Of a DNA stretch of 56,248 bases, positions 28,016 through 38,307 are shown piece by piece. Source of the stretch: a virus. Its lineage: Duplodnaviria; Caudoviricetes. Within the stretch, counting starts at the first letter, position 1. The number at the start of each line of letters is the position of its first letter. The notes under the pieces are model-generated. The model did no database searches. It was given only the letters and a program-made list of their open reading frames with translations, and had not been told where the DNA came from. Both the position numbers and the translations under genes were made by a program. The DNA is taken from the IMG/VR virus record IMGVR_UViG_3300033149_003977, positions 1 through 56,248 of that record. The stretch is one strand, 5' to 3'.

Positions 28016-29539
28016 ATGGCAAAAACAGTCAACAGTTCGTGGAATGTCGTTTGGATTCAGCCGCAAGGGCCGAACACTGAACCGCAATATCTTACATGTT
28101 ATGCGATTCCAACGATCACGAATCCCCACGGTGCAATTTCACGGACGAAATGTTTTGATCCAGTGTCAAACAAATGGATCATCGCGACCGAACGGACGAC
28201 CGCGCCCGACGACCCGACGTTGAGTCTAGACGGGTTGACGTCCAAGGCGGCAGACCTCATAGAGTTGGCCGAGCGGACAGGATGCCCGTTCGCGCTTTAT
28301 GTCAACTCGTATGAATGTCCGCCGAGGAACGTTTTTCTCGGATTCGACCGCGGGAAAGTAGTCGAATACGCCAGGATCGAAACGGAGACAGAAAACGGTC
28401 TGACGGCACGTGACGACGCGGTGGACACAACTTTGGGATTTGATCTGAGTGGTGAGAAAATTGAAAAATATTTCTCATTAATTCTCGATCACATCACAAT
28501 CGCCGAAGCCGCACCCGCTCTTGACGTGGCATTTTGCAATCAGCTGCAATGCCAGGGGCCGTGCGGTGAATACAAGCCGGTATGCAACGAGGGTGTAATC
28601 GTCTACGCCAACATCGGAGCCGCCACACCGAACGTGTACTATACGCAAGACGGCGGTGCGACGTGGACAGGTACCGCGACAAACCCGTTTGCCGTGAGCG
28701 AAAAAATTTCATCGGTGGTTTGTTTCCCTTGGGATCGATCAACCATTCGTTGGATCGTAGGCCGAGGAACAGCGAGCGCTGGTCCGCTAACCGTTGAGTG
28801 GACAGAGGATCAGGGAACTAATTGGAACTCCGTCACGGTTGGATCAAATAATGGAGAATACATACCGCACTCAGGCGGCTTATTCGCCTTGGACAAGGAT
28901 CACATTTGGGCCTGCACCGATATGGGAAACATCTATTTTTCCAATGACGGAGGTGTCAGTTGGACTGAACAGGTGCAACCAAACACCGATGACCTGAATT
29001 ATATCAAATTTTGCGACGAAAATAACGGCGTCGCAGTCGGCGGGACGAGTGGCGTGAGCCAAGTCATCCTGACCACGACCGACGGTGGAGCGCACTGGAC
29101 GGCAGGCAGTTTCGCGAACGGAGGTCCCGCAGCAACCGTCATGGCCTACTGTGTTGAGATTCTCGACAACCAGCGATTTTTCGTCGGATTCGAGGATGGG
29201 ACGCTTTACTATACACGCGACGGCGGTGTGACTTGGGCGCAACGCACAATCGCGACCCCCGCAGGAGCCACGGCACAAGTGATTTACGACATCATGCGTG
29301 TGCCTGGGGATGACTTCTGTCTATGGTTGAGCACACAGGCGACCAAGAGTGGGCCTGAATACTGGGGCACCGTTCAACGTTCAGTGAACGGCGGATACAG
29401 TTGGGAACTTTGGGAAACGCAAGTTGCATTTGATGACGGGGCGTACGGGATGAACGCACTTTGGGCCTGTTCGTTCAATCACGCATGGAGCGTTGGCAAT
29501 ATAGCGACCAACGGCACGGTAGTGGAAATTTCGGACTGA
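28016..29539 (+). CDS. Putative major tail protein with BNR beta-propeller, copy 2 (tandem paralogue)
   Basis: Collinear with copy 1; long near-identical protein segments. Confidence 0.72.
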   Translation: MAKTVNSSWNVVWIQPQGPNTEPQYLTCYAIPTITNPHGAISRTKCFDPVSNKWIIATERTTAPDDPTLSLDGLTSKAADLIELAERTGCPFALYVNSYECPPRNVFLGFDRGKVVEYARIETETENGLTARDDAVDTTLGFDLSGEKIEKYFSLILDHITIAEAAPALDVAFCNQLQCQGPCGEYKPVCNEGVIVYANIGAATPNVYYTQDGGATWTGTATNPFAVSEKISSVVCFPWDRSTIRWIVGRGTASAGPLTVEWTEDQGTNWNSVTVGSNNGEYIPHSGGLFALDKDHIWACTDMGNIYFSNDGGVSWTEQVQPNTDDLNYIKFCDENNGVAVGGTSGVSQVILTTTDGGAHWTAGSFANGGPAATVMAYCVEILDNQRFFVGFEDGTLYYTRDGGVTWAQRTIATPAGATAQVIYDIMRVPGDDFCLWLSTQATKSGPEYWGTVQRSVNGGYSWELWETQVAFDDGAYGMNALWACSFNHAWSVGNIATNGTVVEISD

Positions 29540-29625
29540 CAAACAACGGTTTAACCGTTCATAAGATGACGTAAAAATCAAAAAATGTGTGCGCGTACGC
29601 GCACAACTAGAAAGGAAGAAGAACA

Positions 29626-30420
29626 GTGGCAGCGCAAAGAAAAGATCGTTACGTCACAAGCTCGGGTATCGAATTGAAGTTGGTGCCCGTTCGCGACATT
29701 CTCGTGGAGAAATACGTCGAAAAGGCTCGGCGTGAATTCATCGCGCAAGGGAAACAGGTAGACCCTCCCGCGTACACCATCACTACGGCCACGGGGGAAG
29801 TTGAAGGCCCGTTTCCCTTTACGGAAGAAACCCTCGATGATCCTCAAGATCCCATTCAAACTCGGATAAACCACGCCAAGTGGCAACAATATATCGCTGC
29901 TCGCGAGGAATTGGAAGCAGAATTGAATGAGAAGCGATTTGTTGCTTGGATTATGCTTGGCGTGGATTGTGAAGTGCCCGACGATGGGTGGGAGGACAAA
30001 TATGAACTGTTTGGTGTTGAGGTGCCCGACAATCCCTTGGAACGCAAGGCGTTTTGGCTGATTTATGAGGTTCTCGATCAATATGATCGTGGCATGATCG
30101 TTCCTGCATTGCAATTACTCAGCGCTGGACGATTGATAACACAGGAACAGATCGACTTTTTTCGAGAAAATGCTGGCCGTGCGATTGAGAGGGAATCCGC
30201 CGCGCTATTTGAAGACGCTCTCAGTTCCCTTCGGGAAATGGGAAGTGAGTCAAAGATTCATGGAATTGAAAACGGCGAAGGCATGGGGAATCAAGACGCC
30301 GTCGGAATGGGACAGTTTGTCGGGAGACGACAAAGCAGAAATGTTGGCAATGGAGAACGCACTGGATCGGATGCAGGCGTGGGAAATAGCGAACCCATCT
30401 CAGAGGAAACCGAAGGATAA
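29626..30420 (+). CDS. Tail assembly chaperone (gpG-like)
   Basis: Between tail tube and tape measure; DFFR shift-type site at 30154-30165. Confidence 0.65.
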   Translation: MAAQRKDRYVTSSGIELKLVPVRDILVEKYVEKARREFIAQGKQVDPPAYTITTATGEVEGPFPFTEETLDDPQDPIQTRINHAKWQQYIAAREELEAELNEKRFVAWIMLGVDCEVPDDGWEDKYELFGVEVPDNPLERKAFWLIYEVLDQYDRGMIVPALQLLSAGRLITQEQIDFFRENAGRAIERESAALFEDALSSLREMGSESKIHGIENGEGMGNQDAVGMGQFVGRRQSRNVGNGERTGSDAGVGNSEPISEETEG

Positions 30421-30427
30421 CAGTTAA
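30161..30427 (+). CDS. Frameshift extension of the tail chaperone (gpT-like), +1 frame
   Basis: Overlapping ORF (AKAWGI.TPSEWDSL..DDKAEMLA) whose stop overlaps the tape measure ATG. Confidence 0.6.
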   Translation, partial: FEKMLAVRLRGNPPRYLKTLSVPFGKWEVSQRFMELKTAKAWGIKTPSEWDSLSGDDKAEMLAMENALDRMQAWEIANPSQRKPKDNS

Positions 30428-33400
30428 TGCAAAAAATCGGCCTCGCGGCGGTCATGGACATGACCAGCTTCACCAAGGGCATGACCGCATACAATAAAGG
30501 CTTGGGGATTATGAGCAACAATACGTCCAAAGCGGGTAAGCTCATCTCCACAAGCCTGAAAGTCATCGGAGGAGTGACTGTGGGGGCAGCAACCGCAATC
30601 GGCGCGATTGGCGGAGCTGCCATGAAATTGGCCTCCGACGCGCGGGCGATTCCCGGCATCACGGCGGCATTTAACAATTTGGGTGGCAGTATTGAGAGAA
30701 TGCGAGCGGGATCAGCGGGAATGATCGCCGACGTTGACCTGATGAAAGAATTTAACCGCGCTGCGACGCTCGTTTCGCAAGACTTTGCGCAAAAACTCCC
30801 CGACGCCATGCAATACCTCCAACGTGTGAGCGCGGCCACCGGTGATGACATGGGTTACATGCTCAATTCGCTCACGTTGGGAGTGGGTCGCCTGTCGCCG
30901 ATGATTATCGACAATTTGGGCATCCAGGTCAAATTGTCGGATGCGTACGAGGTGGGGGCCAAGGCGCTCGGCAAGAGCGTCAAAGAAATGACCAAAGCCG
31001 AACAGCAGACGGCGCTGATGAATATGGTCATGGCGAAATTGGAAGAGAAATATGGCGCAGTGCCGGGCCTGGCTGGAACCGCCGCGCAGTCATTTGCATC
31101 CTTGAACGTTACACTCAAAAACGTAAAAGACGCCATCGGCGTTGCGCTGATTCCTGCAATGAACGAACTCTTGAAACCGCTTAGCGAATTGGCGGGGGTA
31201 ACAGGAGACAAAGTCGTCGCCTGGGCACAAAAAATAGGGCCGATTTTGGCCAAAACTGTCGCCAACGGCGTCACGACAGCGACCAAAGCTATAAACGCTA
31301 TCATTAAAACGTTTGATCGATTAACCGAAAAAATTAGTTATGTTATCGGCGTAGCGAAGGCGGGATTTGCCGGTTCCGGCGTTGCGGGTGGAGCGGCAGG
31401 ATTTCTGGCCGCTCTCGGCATACCGGAAAATATCACAGCTACAATTCATGGCATCTTAACCAAGGTGGAATCGGCAATTCGCACTGGCATTGATAAAATC
31501 CGCACGGCGTTGAGCGGAGCGGGTGGCGTCGTTGGTTTTGGCGAGACCATATTCGAGACCTTGAAGGCCAATTTGCCCGCCTCGTTTCGAACTATCATTG
31601 AAGAGATTATACCAGAACTTATCGGAACATTGATCGAGCTTCCCAATAGAGTCATCGCCGGTTTTCAGGAAGGTGGCATAAGTGGTGGATTTTCAGCGTT
31701 GTTGGAAGGTGTGTTCGACGTCGCCGGTGGCATAAGAAACATCAGACAAGGAATTTTAACTGGATTGCTTGAGATCGGTCAAACTTTGTTGACCAAACTG
31801 GGCGAGATGTTTCCCGACCTTCAACCATTCATCGAGACATTCCTACAACCCATCCTTGGCATGGGCCAACGGATATTAACGATTGTCTTTGATTTGCAAG
31901 CTCAAATCGGCCCCGCACTCGGACAAATATTCTCCGCTGCGTTGCCCATGCTTCAGACCATAATAGGAAACGTCATGCGCATCATAGAAGCCGCCATTCC
32001 CGTGGTGCAGGAATTTGTGGGGTCTGCCATCTCCTCGTTGATCAACGCATTTCAAAATTTGGCCCCCATTGTCGGGCAGGCGTCCACGGTAATAGCCGAC
32101 CTTGCCGTCCAGGCATTCCCCATTCTAGCGACCATAATAAGTAAAGTGCTTGACTTAATTCCCAATCTGATTCCGATTATTGGTAGTCTCGTTGACATCT
32201 TCGGTACGGTTGCGTCCGTGGTGTTGCGTGTTGCGGGAGATGTGTTTCCCAAGGTAATTGACGTCGTCACTAGGGTTGCAGGAATCATCAGTCAACACAT
32301 GCCCGCGATTCAATCAATCGTCGAGATGGCCATGTCAGCGATTGAAGCAGCTTGGAATGCTGTGTGGCCCGTTGCAAGCATGGTGGTGGACGTCGCAATG
32401 AAGACGGTTGAGAATGTCATCAATCAGGTTATACCGGTCATACTCAAAATCGCAAATGATGTTTTCCCGAAAGTTGTTGAAGCCGTACAAAAATTGGGTT
32501 CTGTCGTCCGAGAACATTTACCACAGATTCAATCAATTATTGAAACAGCGATGAGCGTGATTAGCACGATCATCGACAGAGCACTTACAATAATCCTGGC
32601 CATCTGGAACGCCGTGTGGCCAGTTTTGAGCAATGTGGTAGATGCGGCTCTTGGGGCTATCGGGCCGATAGTGAGTGGCGTCCTAAATACGGTGGAAGGC
32701 ATTATAAACACGGTCATGTCTGTTATCCAGGGTGACTGGGAGGGAGCGTGGAACGGAATCAAAGACATACTTGAGGGGGTATGGGATATTATTGTATCTG
32801 TCATAGAAGGTGCACAAGACCTTATAAAAGCTGCAATTGAAGGCATCATCGGAATGTCAGAAGAGGAACTCCAAGCAGCAGCACAGGGGTGGCTAGAATC
32901 CGCCGGGGAATGGATAGAAAATTTAGTCGCCGGTATAGAAAATGGTGCGACTGACATTACAGACAAAATCGAATGGATGATAGACGTAGTAATCATGGAG
33001 GTAAAGAAAAAAGCAACCGAATTTATTAAGATTGGTGATGACATCGTGCAAGGTATCGTTAATGGAATCACGGGCGCTATCGGAAGTGTCAAAGCAGCGG
33101 CAAAAAAGGTTGCTGATGCCATTCCTACGGGCGTTAAAAAGTTGCTCGGCATTGGGTCTCCTTCAAAGGTCATGGCCCAAGTCGGGTTAGAAACTATGCT
33201 TGGCCTCGTGAAGGGCATCGACGCGGGCGAGGCGAAAGTTATGAAGACTGTTTCAAAGGTGGTCAAAGAAGTCATCGGTTCATTTGAACGAATACTCGAC
33301 CTTCAGGAACGAATGGGTGGGACACCAGGTCAATTGCCAGAAAAAATCGCCGAATGGTTGAGCGGATTCACCACCGTCGTGAGGAAAATCATCGACGCCA

Positions 33401-35940
33401 TCGGGACGTTGAATGACGCTATCGGATATAAGCGAATCAAGGAACTTGACAAGACAGCCACACGTTTTCGGCGGATGATCGAAGCCGTTATGGTGGATTT
33501 CACGGCGATTAAAAATGTCGATTTGCCCGACATGGATGCATGGAGCGCGAACATCGTCCGTGTCGGTGTGGCGATGGTGAATGCGTTGACGACGCTCGTA
33601 GCAACTACCGGTCAATCGAGTCTCAAACTCGCAGCGCGGTTCGCTGACATCGTGAAAACTATCTTCTCATTCGTGCAGGATGGCGTGGACGTCTTGGCGA
33701 CCTTGGCTGAATATACACCAGTGCAAAATATCGGGGCGAAGATCGAGAATTTCGTCGCTCGGATGATGGAGGTCATTCCAGCCCTCCGTGATCTGGCTCA
33801 CGCTTACGACAAAGGGAAAATCGAGTACGCAAATACGATCTTGACGGCGATGAAAGGTGTTACCGACATCGTGAAACCTGGCATCGATGCGATCAAGGCA
33901 TTGGTCGATTACAACGTGGTCAAAAGTCTGAGTGCAAAGGCGCAGAATTTCAAGGATCGTCTCATGGAAATCGTGAACGTCCTCTCAGAGACGGCAGACG
34001 ATTGGGCAACCGAGGCGATGCAAGCGGCGGCGGAGTTTTACGACGCGGCGACGAACGTCCTTGGAATTGTGCAACCTGGCATCGAAGCCATCGTGAACCT
34101 GACCGAATACGACGAACAGGAATCCCTCCAAGATCGCGTGACCAATTTGCGTAGTCGGCTTATGGAGATTGTAGATACACTGAAAAAGAGTTGGGATGAA
34201 TTTGACCAAGATGGAGTAAATGCAGCGAAGGTATTTTATGAAGCAACTCAAAATATCGTCAATATCGTCAAACCGGCCATTGATGCCATCATCACTATGG
34301 TTAGTTACGAAGTGCAAGAATCAGTAAAAGAACAGGTTGAGAACATGCGCGCGCGACTCATGGAAATCGTAGATGCATTGAAGGAGGGTTGGGAAAATTT
34401 CGACACCGAAGGGGTCGAGAGTGCACAGGCATTTTATTCTGCTGCACAAACCATGTTCGGAGTCGTAAAACCGGCCATCGACGCCATTACCGCATTGACC
34501 GATTATACGCGAGTGGCGAATTTGGCGCAAAAAGTGACCATGTTCAAACTTGATCTTCACATCATCGTGGACAGCATGGACGAACTTGCCGATCAATTCA
34601 TCGGACGTGGGTTGCCGGACAGTGCCGAAACCGCGGCGGCTATGCAAACTATCGTCGGAGTCGTGAAACCGGCAATCGACGCGCTGGCGCTTCTAGCCGT
34701 GTATCCGAAGCGATCCAGGCTTAACGAGAATATGGAACAGTTCAAGACCGATCTTCACAGTTTGCTCGGCAAGATCAACAAACTCGCTCAGCACTGGGCG
34801 ACGGTCGGGTTGGGCGCAGCGCAGACGTTCTCCGACTCCGTGACCAAAACATTCGGGTTTATAAAACCGGCCATCGCCTTGCTCGGCGTGCTTGCCAAGT
34901 ATCCGAAAAAAATCAAATTAAATGTGACGATGGAACGGTTCAAAAAAGACCTGCAAAATTTGCTCTTGAAAATAAACAAGATGGCCAAAAGTTGGCTGGG
35001 ACAGGGTACGACGGACGCAGAAAATTTCTCTCAGGCCGTGCAAACCATCGTCGAATTCGTGAAACCGGCCCTCGACGCGCTTGACGAGATGGCGAAATAC
35101 AAGAGCGGCGAACTCGCGGGAGCGATGCAGGATTTCGCCGACGACATATTGGATTTGGTCGATACGATTCAAACCTCTGCGCAGCGCGTGGCGTTGGCTC
35201 AATTTGACGCCGGGGTGCTCGCGCAAACGGTCATCACTATTTCACAGGCGATAAGAACTGGTCTGGACGCAACGATTGTAGAAATGAGCAGCGCGGGATT
35301 CGATGCGGCGATGTTCCGAAATACTCTCGCCTCAATCGTTGAGGACATTTTGTATTCAATCACAGCGGCCACGACCGCGTTGACTTCGGGAACCGAAATA
35401 TCTGATTTCACCGATGCGGTAGGCGGGATTGTGACGGGAATTCAAGAAGCGTTCGATGAATTGACGACGCTGGGCAGCGGTGGAATAAGCCAGGCCATGA
35501 CTGAGTTCGTGAACGCGATCAAACAAGGTCTAACCAACGGACGATTTGCTGTAATTGACGGCATTCAAAAAATCATTGCCGACATGGCCGGACTCAATCA
35601 TGTATTTTACAACACCGGCTGGCAAGCTGGAAATAATTGGATTTCCGGTTTGATTTCAGGAATGCAAGCTAAAACTGCTGAAATGGAGCGGGTTGCCACT
35701 AACCTCGGATCGATAGCGAACGACGCCTTCGCGTCAGCTCCACCGCCGGACGCGCCAGGCAACACGCAATCGCGCAGTGTGGATATGACGACCACACGTC
35801 CCCTCGCGGCGGCAACTACCTCGATTTCACGGAGCGTGAGCGTGAATATCGGGAATGTGACGATCAGCAACGGCATGGATCTGGCTGAATTCCGGACGAC
35901 AATCAGAGATGAAATAATAAACGCACTGGGAGGTGACTGA
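30427..35940 (+). CDS. Tape measure protein
   Basis: 1837 aa, Ala/Ile-rich helical repeats, GRLSPMIIDNLGI, GDWEGAW, LGIGSPSKVM. Confidence 0.92.
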   Translation: MQKIGLAAVMDMTSFTKGMTAYNKGLGIMSNNTSKAGKLISTSLKVIGGVTVGAATAIGAIGGAAMKLASDARAIPGITAAFNNLGGSIERMRAGSAGMIADVDLMKEFNRAATLVSQDFAQKLPDAMQYLQRVSAATGDDMGYMLNSLTLGVGRLSPMIIDNLGIQVKLSDAYEVGAKALGKSVKEMTKAEQQTALMNMVMAKLEEKYGAVPGLAGTAAQSFASLNVTLKNVKDAIGVALIPAMNELLKPLSELAGVTGDKVVAWAQKIGPILAKTVANGVTTATKAINAIIKTFDRLTEKISYVIGVAKAGFAGSGVAGGAAGFLAALGIPENITATIHGILTKVESAIRTGIDKIRTALSGAGGVVGFGETIFETLKANLPASFRTIIEEIIPELIGTLIELPNRVIAGFQEGGISGGFSALLEGVFDVAGGIRNIRQGILTGLLEIGQTLLTKLGEMFPDLQPFIETFLQPILGMGQRILTIVFDLQAQIGPALGQIFSAALPMLQTIIGNVMRIIEAAIPVVQEFVGSAISSLINAFQNLAPIVGQASTVIADLAVQAFPILATIISKVLDLIPNLIPIIGSLVDIFGTVASVVLRVAGDVFPKVIDVVTRVAGIISQHMPAIQSIVEMAMSAIEAAWNAVWPVASMVVDVAMKTVENVINQVIPVILKIANDVFPKVVEAVQKLGSVVREHLPQIQSIIETAMSVISTIIDRALTIILAIWNAVWPVLSNVVDAALGAIGPIVSGVLNTVEGIINTVMSVIQGDWEGAWNGIKDILEGVWDIIVSVIEGAQDLIKAAIEGIIGMSEEELQAAAQGWLESAGEWIENLVAGIENGATDITDKIEWMIDVVIMEVKKKATEFIKIGDDIVQGIVNGITGAIGSVKAAAKKVADAIPTGVKKLLGIGSPSKVMAQVGLETMLGLVKGIDAGEAKVMKTVSKVVKEVIGSFERILDLQERMGGTPGQLPEKIAEWLSGFTTVVRKIIDAIGTLNDAIGYKRIKELDKTATRFRRMIEAVMVDFTAIKNVDLPDMDAWSANIVRVGVAMVNALTTLVATTGQSSLKLAARFADIVKTIFSFVQDGVDVLATLAEYTPVQNIGAKIENFVARMMEVIPALRDLAHAYDKGKIEYANTILTAMKGVTDIVKPGIDAIKALVDYNVVKSLSAKAQNFKDRLMEIVNVLSETADDWATEAMQAAAEFYDAATNVLGIVQPGIEAIVNLTEYDEQESLQDRVTNLRSRLMEIVDTLKKSWDEFDQDGVNAAKVFYEATQNIVNIVKPAIDAIITMVSYEVQESVKEQVENMRARLMEIVDALKEGWENFDTEGVESAQAFYSAAQTMFGVVKPAIDAITALTDYTRVANLAQKVTMFKLDLHIIVDSMDELADQFIGRGLPDSAETAAAMQTIVGVVKPAIDALALLAVYPKRSRLNENMEQFKTDLHSLLGKINKLAQHWATVGLGAAQTFSDSVTKTFGFIKPAIALLGVLAKYPKKIKLNVTMERFKKDLQNLLLKINKMAKSWLGQGTTDAENFSQAVQTIVEFVKPALDALDEMAKYKSGELAGAMQDFADDILDLVDTIQTSAQRVALAQFDAGVLAQTVITISQAIRTGLDATIVEMSSAGFDAAMFRNTLASIVEDILYSITAATTALTSGTEISDFTDAVGGIVTGIQEAFDELTTLGSGGISQAMTEFVNAIKQGLTNGRFAVIDGIQKIIADMAGLNHVFYNTGWQAGNNWISGLISGMQAKTAEMERVATNLGSIANDAFASAPPPDAPGNTQSRSVDMTTTRPLAAATTSISRSVSVNIGNVTISNGMDLAEFRTTIRDEIINALGGD

Positions 35941-36111
35941 ATGATCATAGAAATTCGGATTACAGTAAAGACGAATGAGGAAAAATTGGTATACGAACCA
36001 GAACCGATGAAGATTCGGGATGAGGTAGATGTGCTCAAATCATTGCCCTGGGCCCAGCTCATCCAGGAAAAGATGAACGCCATCGCACGTCATCTTACGG
36101 ATGGAAAATAA
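35941..36111 (+). CDS. Small hypothetical protein (56 aa)
   Basis: GGAGG RBS; fills the gap exactly. Confidence 0.55.
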   Translation: MIIEIRITVKTNEEKLVYEPEPMKIRDEVDVLKSLPWAQLIQEKMNAIARHLTDGK

Positions 36112-36114
36112 CCT

Positions 36115-38307
36115 ATGGCCGGAGCACCGATCCTGAAAATTACCGACGGCACGACGACCGTCAATTTGCTGAATTCCGCCGGAGTAATCCTGCGGGACTG
36201 GAATCCGTCGCATCCGGGATTGCGTGAAACCTGGCGTCAATCGCCGTTCTCACATGGACGGAATCTGGTCATGGCACCGTACGATAACATTGTAGATACG
36301 TTCAACGTGACCATAACTAGCCTCGGCGGTCAAGACGCGATCATTACTGAGACGCAAGACCTTGACCGATTGCTGACACAGGCGGTCGCGTATTGGAAAA
36401 CGAATTGGAACGTAAAACAAGTATATTTAGTCGCGCGAGGCCCCGACGAAACAGAGACACGTTACGCCGTGATAAAATCGTATCGGCTTCCCACGGACGG
36501 AAATCCGTATTCGCAGTCATTTTACAATTGCATTCGTCGTCCAGGTCACAATGTGTCGCTCATCATCGAACATGGATTGTGGCAGGCGGACGAACCAGGC
36601 ACGGACACAGGCATCGCCATCGAGACGCTTCAGGAGTGGAACGGACATGATTACGGTCGGGAATATGACAATGGTCTGATTGCCGGAGAACCAGTGGATG
36701 AACATTACGTCCAAAATCATCAGGCGTTTGCGAACATAACGCACATTTACTGGTGGTCGAATGCATCCGGTTGGAGTGGCAACCTCATCCAATGGCCGAT
36801 GCCTGGTGCGCCTTTCGCCCTGTTCGATCCGCTGGGAATCGCCAATGGAGATTTTGTGATATTTGGTATTGATGCCACTGTTGCGGCGAATTCCGGGCCA
36901 TTTTGGTCACTGATTTTCGACATCTCGACGGCGGCAACTTATAGTTCAGTTGGTGTACCGCCAACGATGGATTGGCAGTATTCGACCGCGGCGGGGCCGA
37001 CTTACACTTCATTCGGAACGAACATCACAGATGAGACTGAAGGTGATTGTGCCGTCGATCAACCGTTTCGCGTGACCGGTGTCAACGGTGTGTTTTGGGG
37101 GACGGAGACGACAAAAACGCCGATCAACTGGATTCCAATCGCCGACGGACCGGCAGCGACCACCGCGTATTGGATACGATGCATCGCCACGGTGCCTGGC
37201 GGTGAGACGATTACAGTTCCTTTCCAAAATAATTCGCGCAACGTCTACAGTGTTCGGTGGCCACGGGTGGACATAGCCGGTGATGATGTTGGCGGTGACA
37301 TTCCCGCCCTCCTTCGCGTGAAAATCCACGGACAAAGCGAATGTGACGAATCGGCGTCACCTTGGGCCGTGGGCCCGCCTAACCGCGTTTTCATGGCTTT
37401 ACGTTCACTTTCGCGCGGTGAGGATTTTACGCCGTATTTGAATTGGTCGGACTATCAAATACCCGCCGGATATTTAATTTCCGCGATTGGATTAGGCGCA
37501 TTTGCAACACAAGTCATGTCACCAACAGGCCGAGTTATTACATACAACACCGCTGGTAACCAAGCCGAAGCGCCGTTCGCACGAATGCGTCTATCATACG
37601 ACCAAGCTATGCAGTATGAAGGCGATTTTCACTGTTACGTGAGATACGCTTCAGAGGGGGGGCTAGTGGGCGGTGGGACGGCAGTAACCCGATTGCGCGT
37701 TCAATTCACATCGGGCAGTCCTGGCGGTTCCATCACGTTTTTCACAAAAAAAGTCACACTTTTACCCATTTACGGTCTTAGTTTCGCTGGTGAATACCTT
37801 TGGTTTTTAGCCGACATGGGACGGGTGCGGCTCCCTGTGGGAGGAGAGGGTGATCCTAATGATGGTCCGCGGTTGCATATCACTCTGCACGCCGAAAATA
37901 TCCAAGTTACCGCTCCGGCCACAGTCCTTTTCGACTTTATTGACATAATCCTCATGCCAGTGGATGAATGGGCCGGGGTGTTTGAGGACCCGATGGCAGA
38001 TTGGATGACCGAAGGTCAACCGATGGCCTACAGTCGTTATTTGCAACCGGAAAGCACCCGACAGGCGAAATATCCGATCCGTGTTCCGCTTCGACGTGAG
38101 GATAATGACGTAATCTGGAGCAACTACATCCCCTACACGGCGGGAGAAGCGATCCTCCAAACGAACACTGACCAACGGTTGTGGTTTTTGCACGAACACT
38201 CTTATAATCCCGCGACAGACTGGTCACGCACGGCGGCCATCTCTCTCGCTACATCGATCCGCGTTTATCGCGTGCAACGATATTTGTCACAACGAGGAGC
38301 ACGATGA
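36115..38307 (+). CDS. Distal tail/baseplate protein
   Basis: Follows the tape measure; ILKITDGTTTVNLL start; beta-rich. Confidence 0.65.
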   Translation: MAGAPILKITDGTTTVNLLNSAGVILRDWNPSHPGLRETWRQSPFSHGRNLVMAPYDNIVDTFNVTITSLGGQDAIITETQDLDRLLTQAVAYWKTNWNVKQVYLVARGPDETETRYAVIKSYRLPTDGNPYSQSFYNCIRRPGHNVSLIIEHGLWQADEPGTDTGIAIETLQEWNGHDYGREYDNGLIAGEPVDEHYVQNHQAFANITHIYWWSNASGWSGNLIQWPMPGAPFALFDPLGIANGDFVIFGIDATVAANSGPFWSLIFDISTAATYSSVGVPPTMDWQYSTAAGPTYTSFGTNITDETEGDCAVDQPFRVTGVNGVFWGTETTKTPINWIPIADGPAATTAYWIRCIATVPGGETITVPFQNNSRNVYSVRWPRVDIAGDDVGGDIPALLRVKIHGQSECDESASPWAVGPPNRVFMALRSLSRGEDFTPYLNWSDYQIPAGYLISAIGLGAFATQVMSPTGRVITYNTAGNQAEAPFARMRLSYDQAMQYEGDFHCYVRYASEGGLVGGGTAVTRLRVQFTSGSPGGSITFFTKKVTLLPIYGLSFAGEYLWFLADMGRVRLPVGGEGDPNDGPRLHITLHAENIQVTAPATVLFDFIDIILMPVDEWAGVFEDPMADWMTEGQPMAYSRYLQPESTRQAKYPIRVPLRREDNDVIWSNYIPYTAGEAILQTNTDQRLWFLHEHSYNPATDWSRTAAISLATSIRVYRVQRYLSQRGAR

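Noticed and set aside
26474-29539. Duplicated tail genes as a diversity-generating retroelement TR/VR pair
   Set aside because: No reverse transcriptase; differences are largely synonymous and not adenine-specific; both copies are full genes
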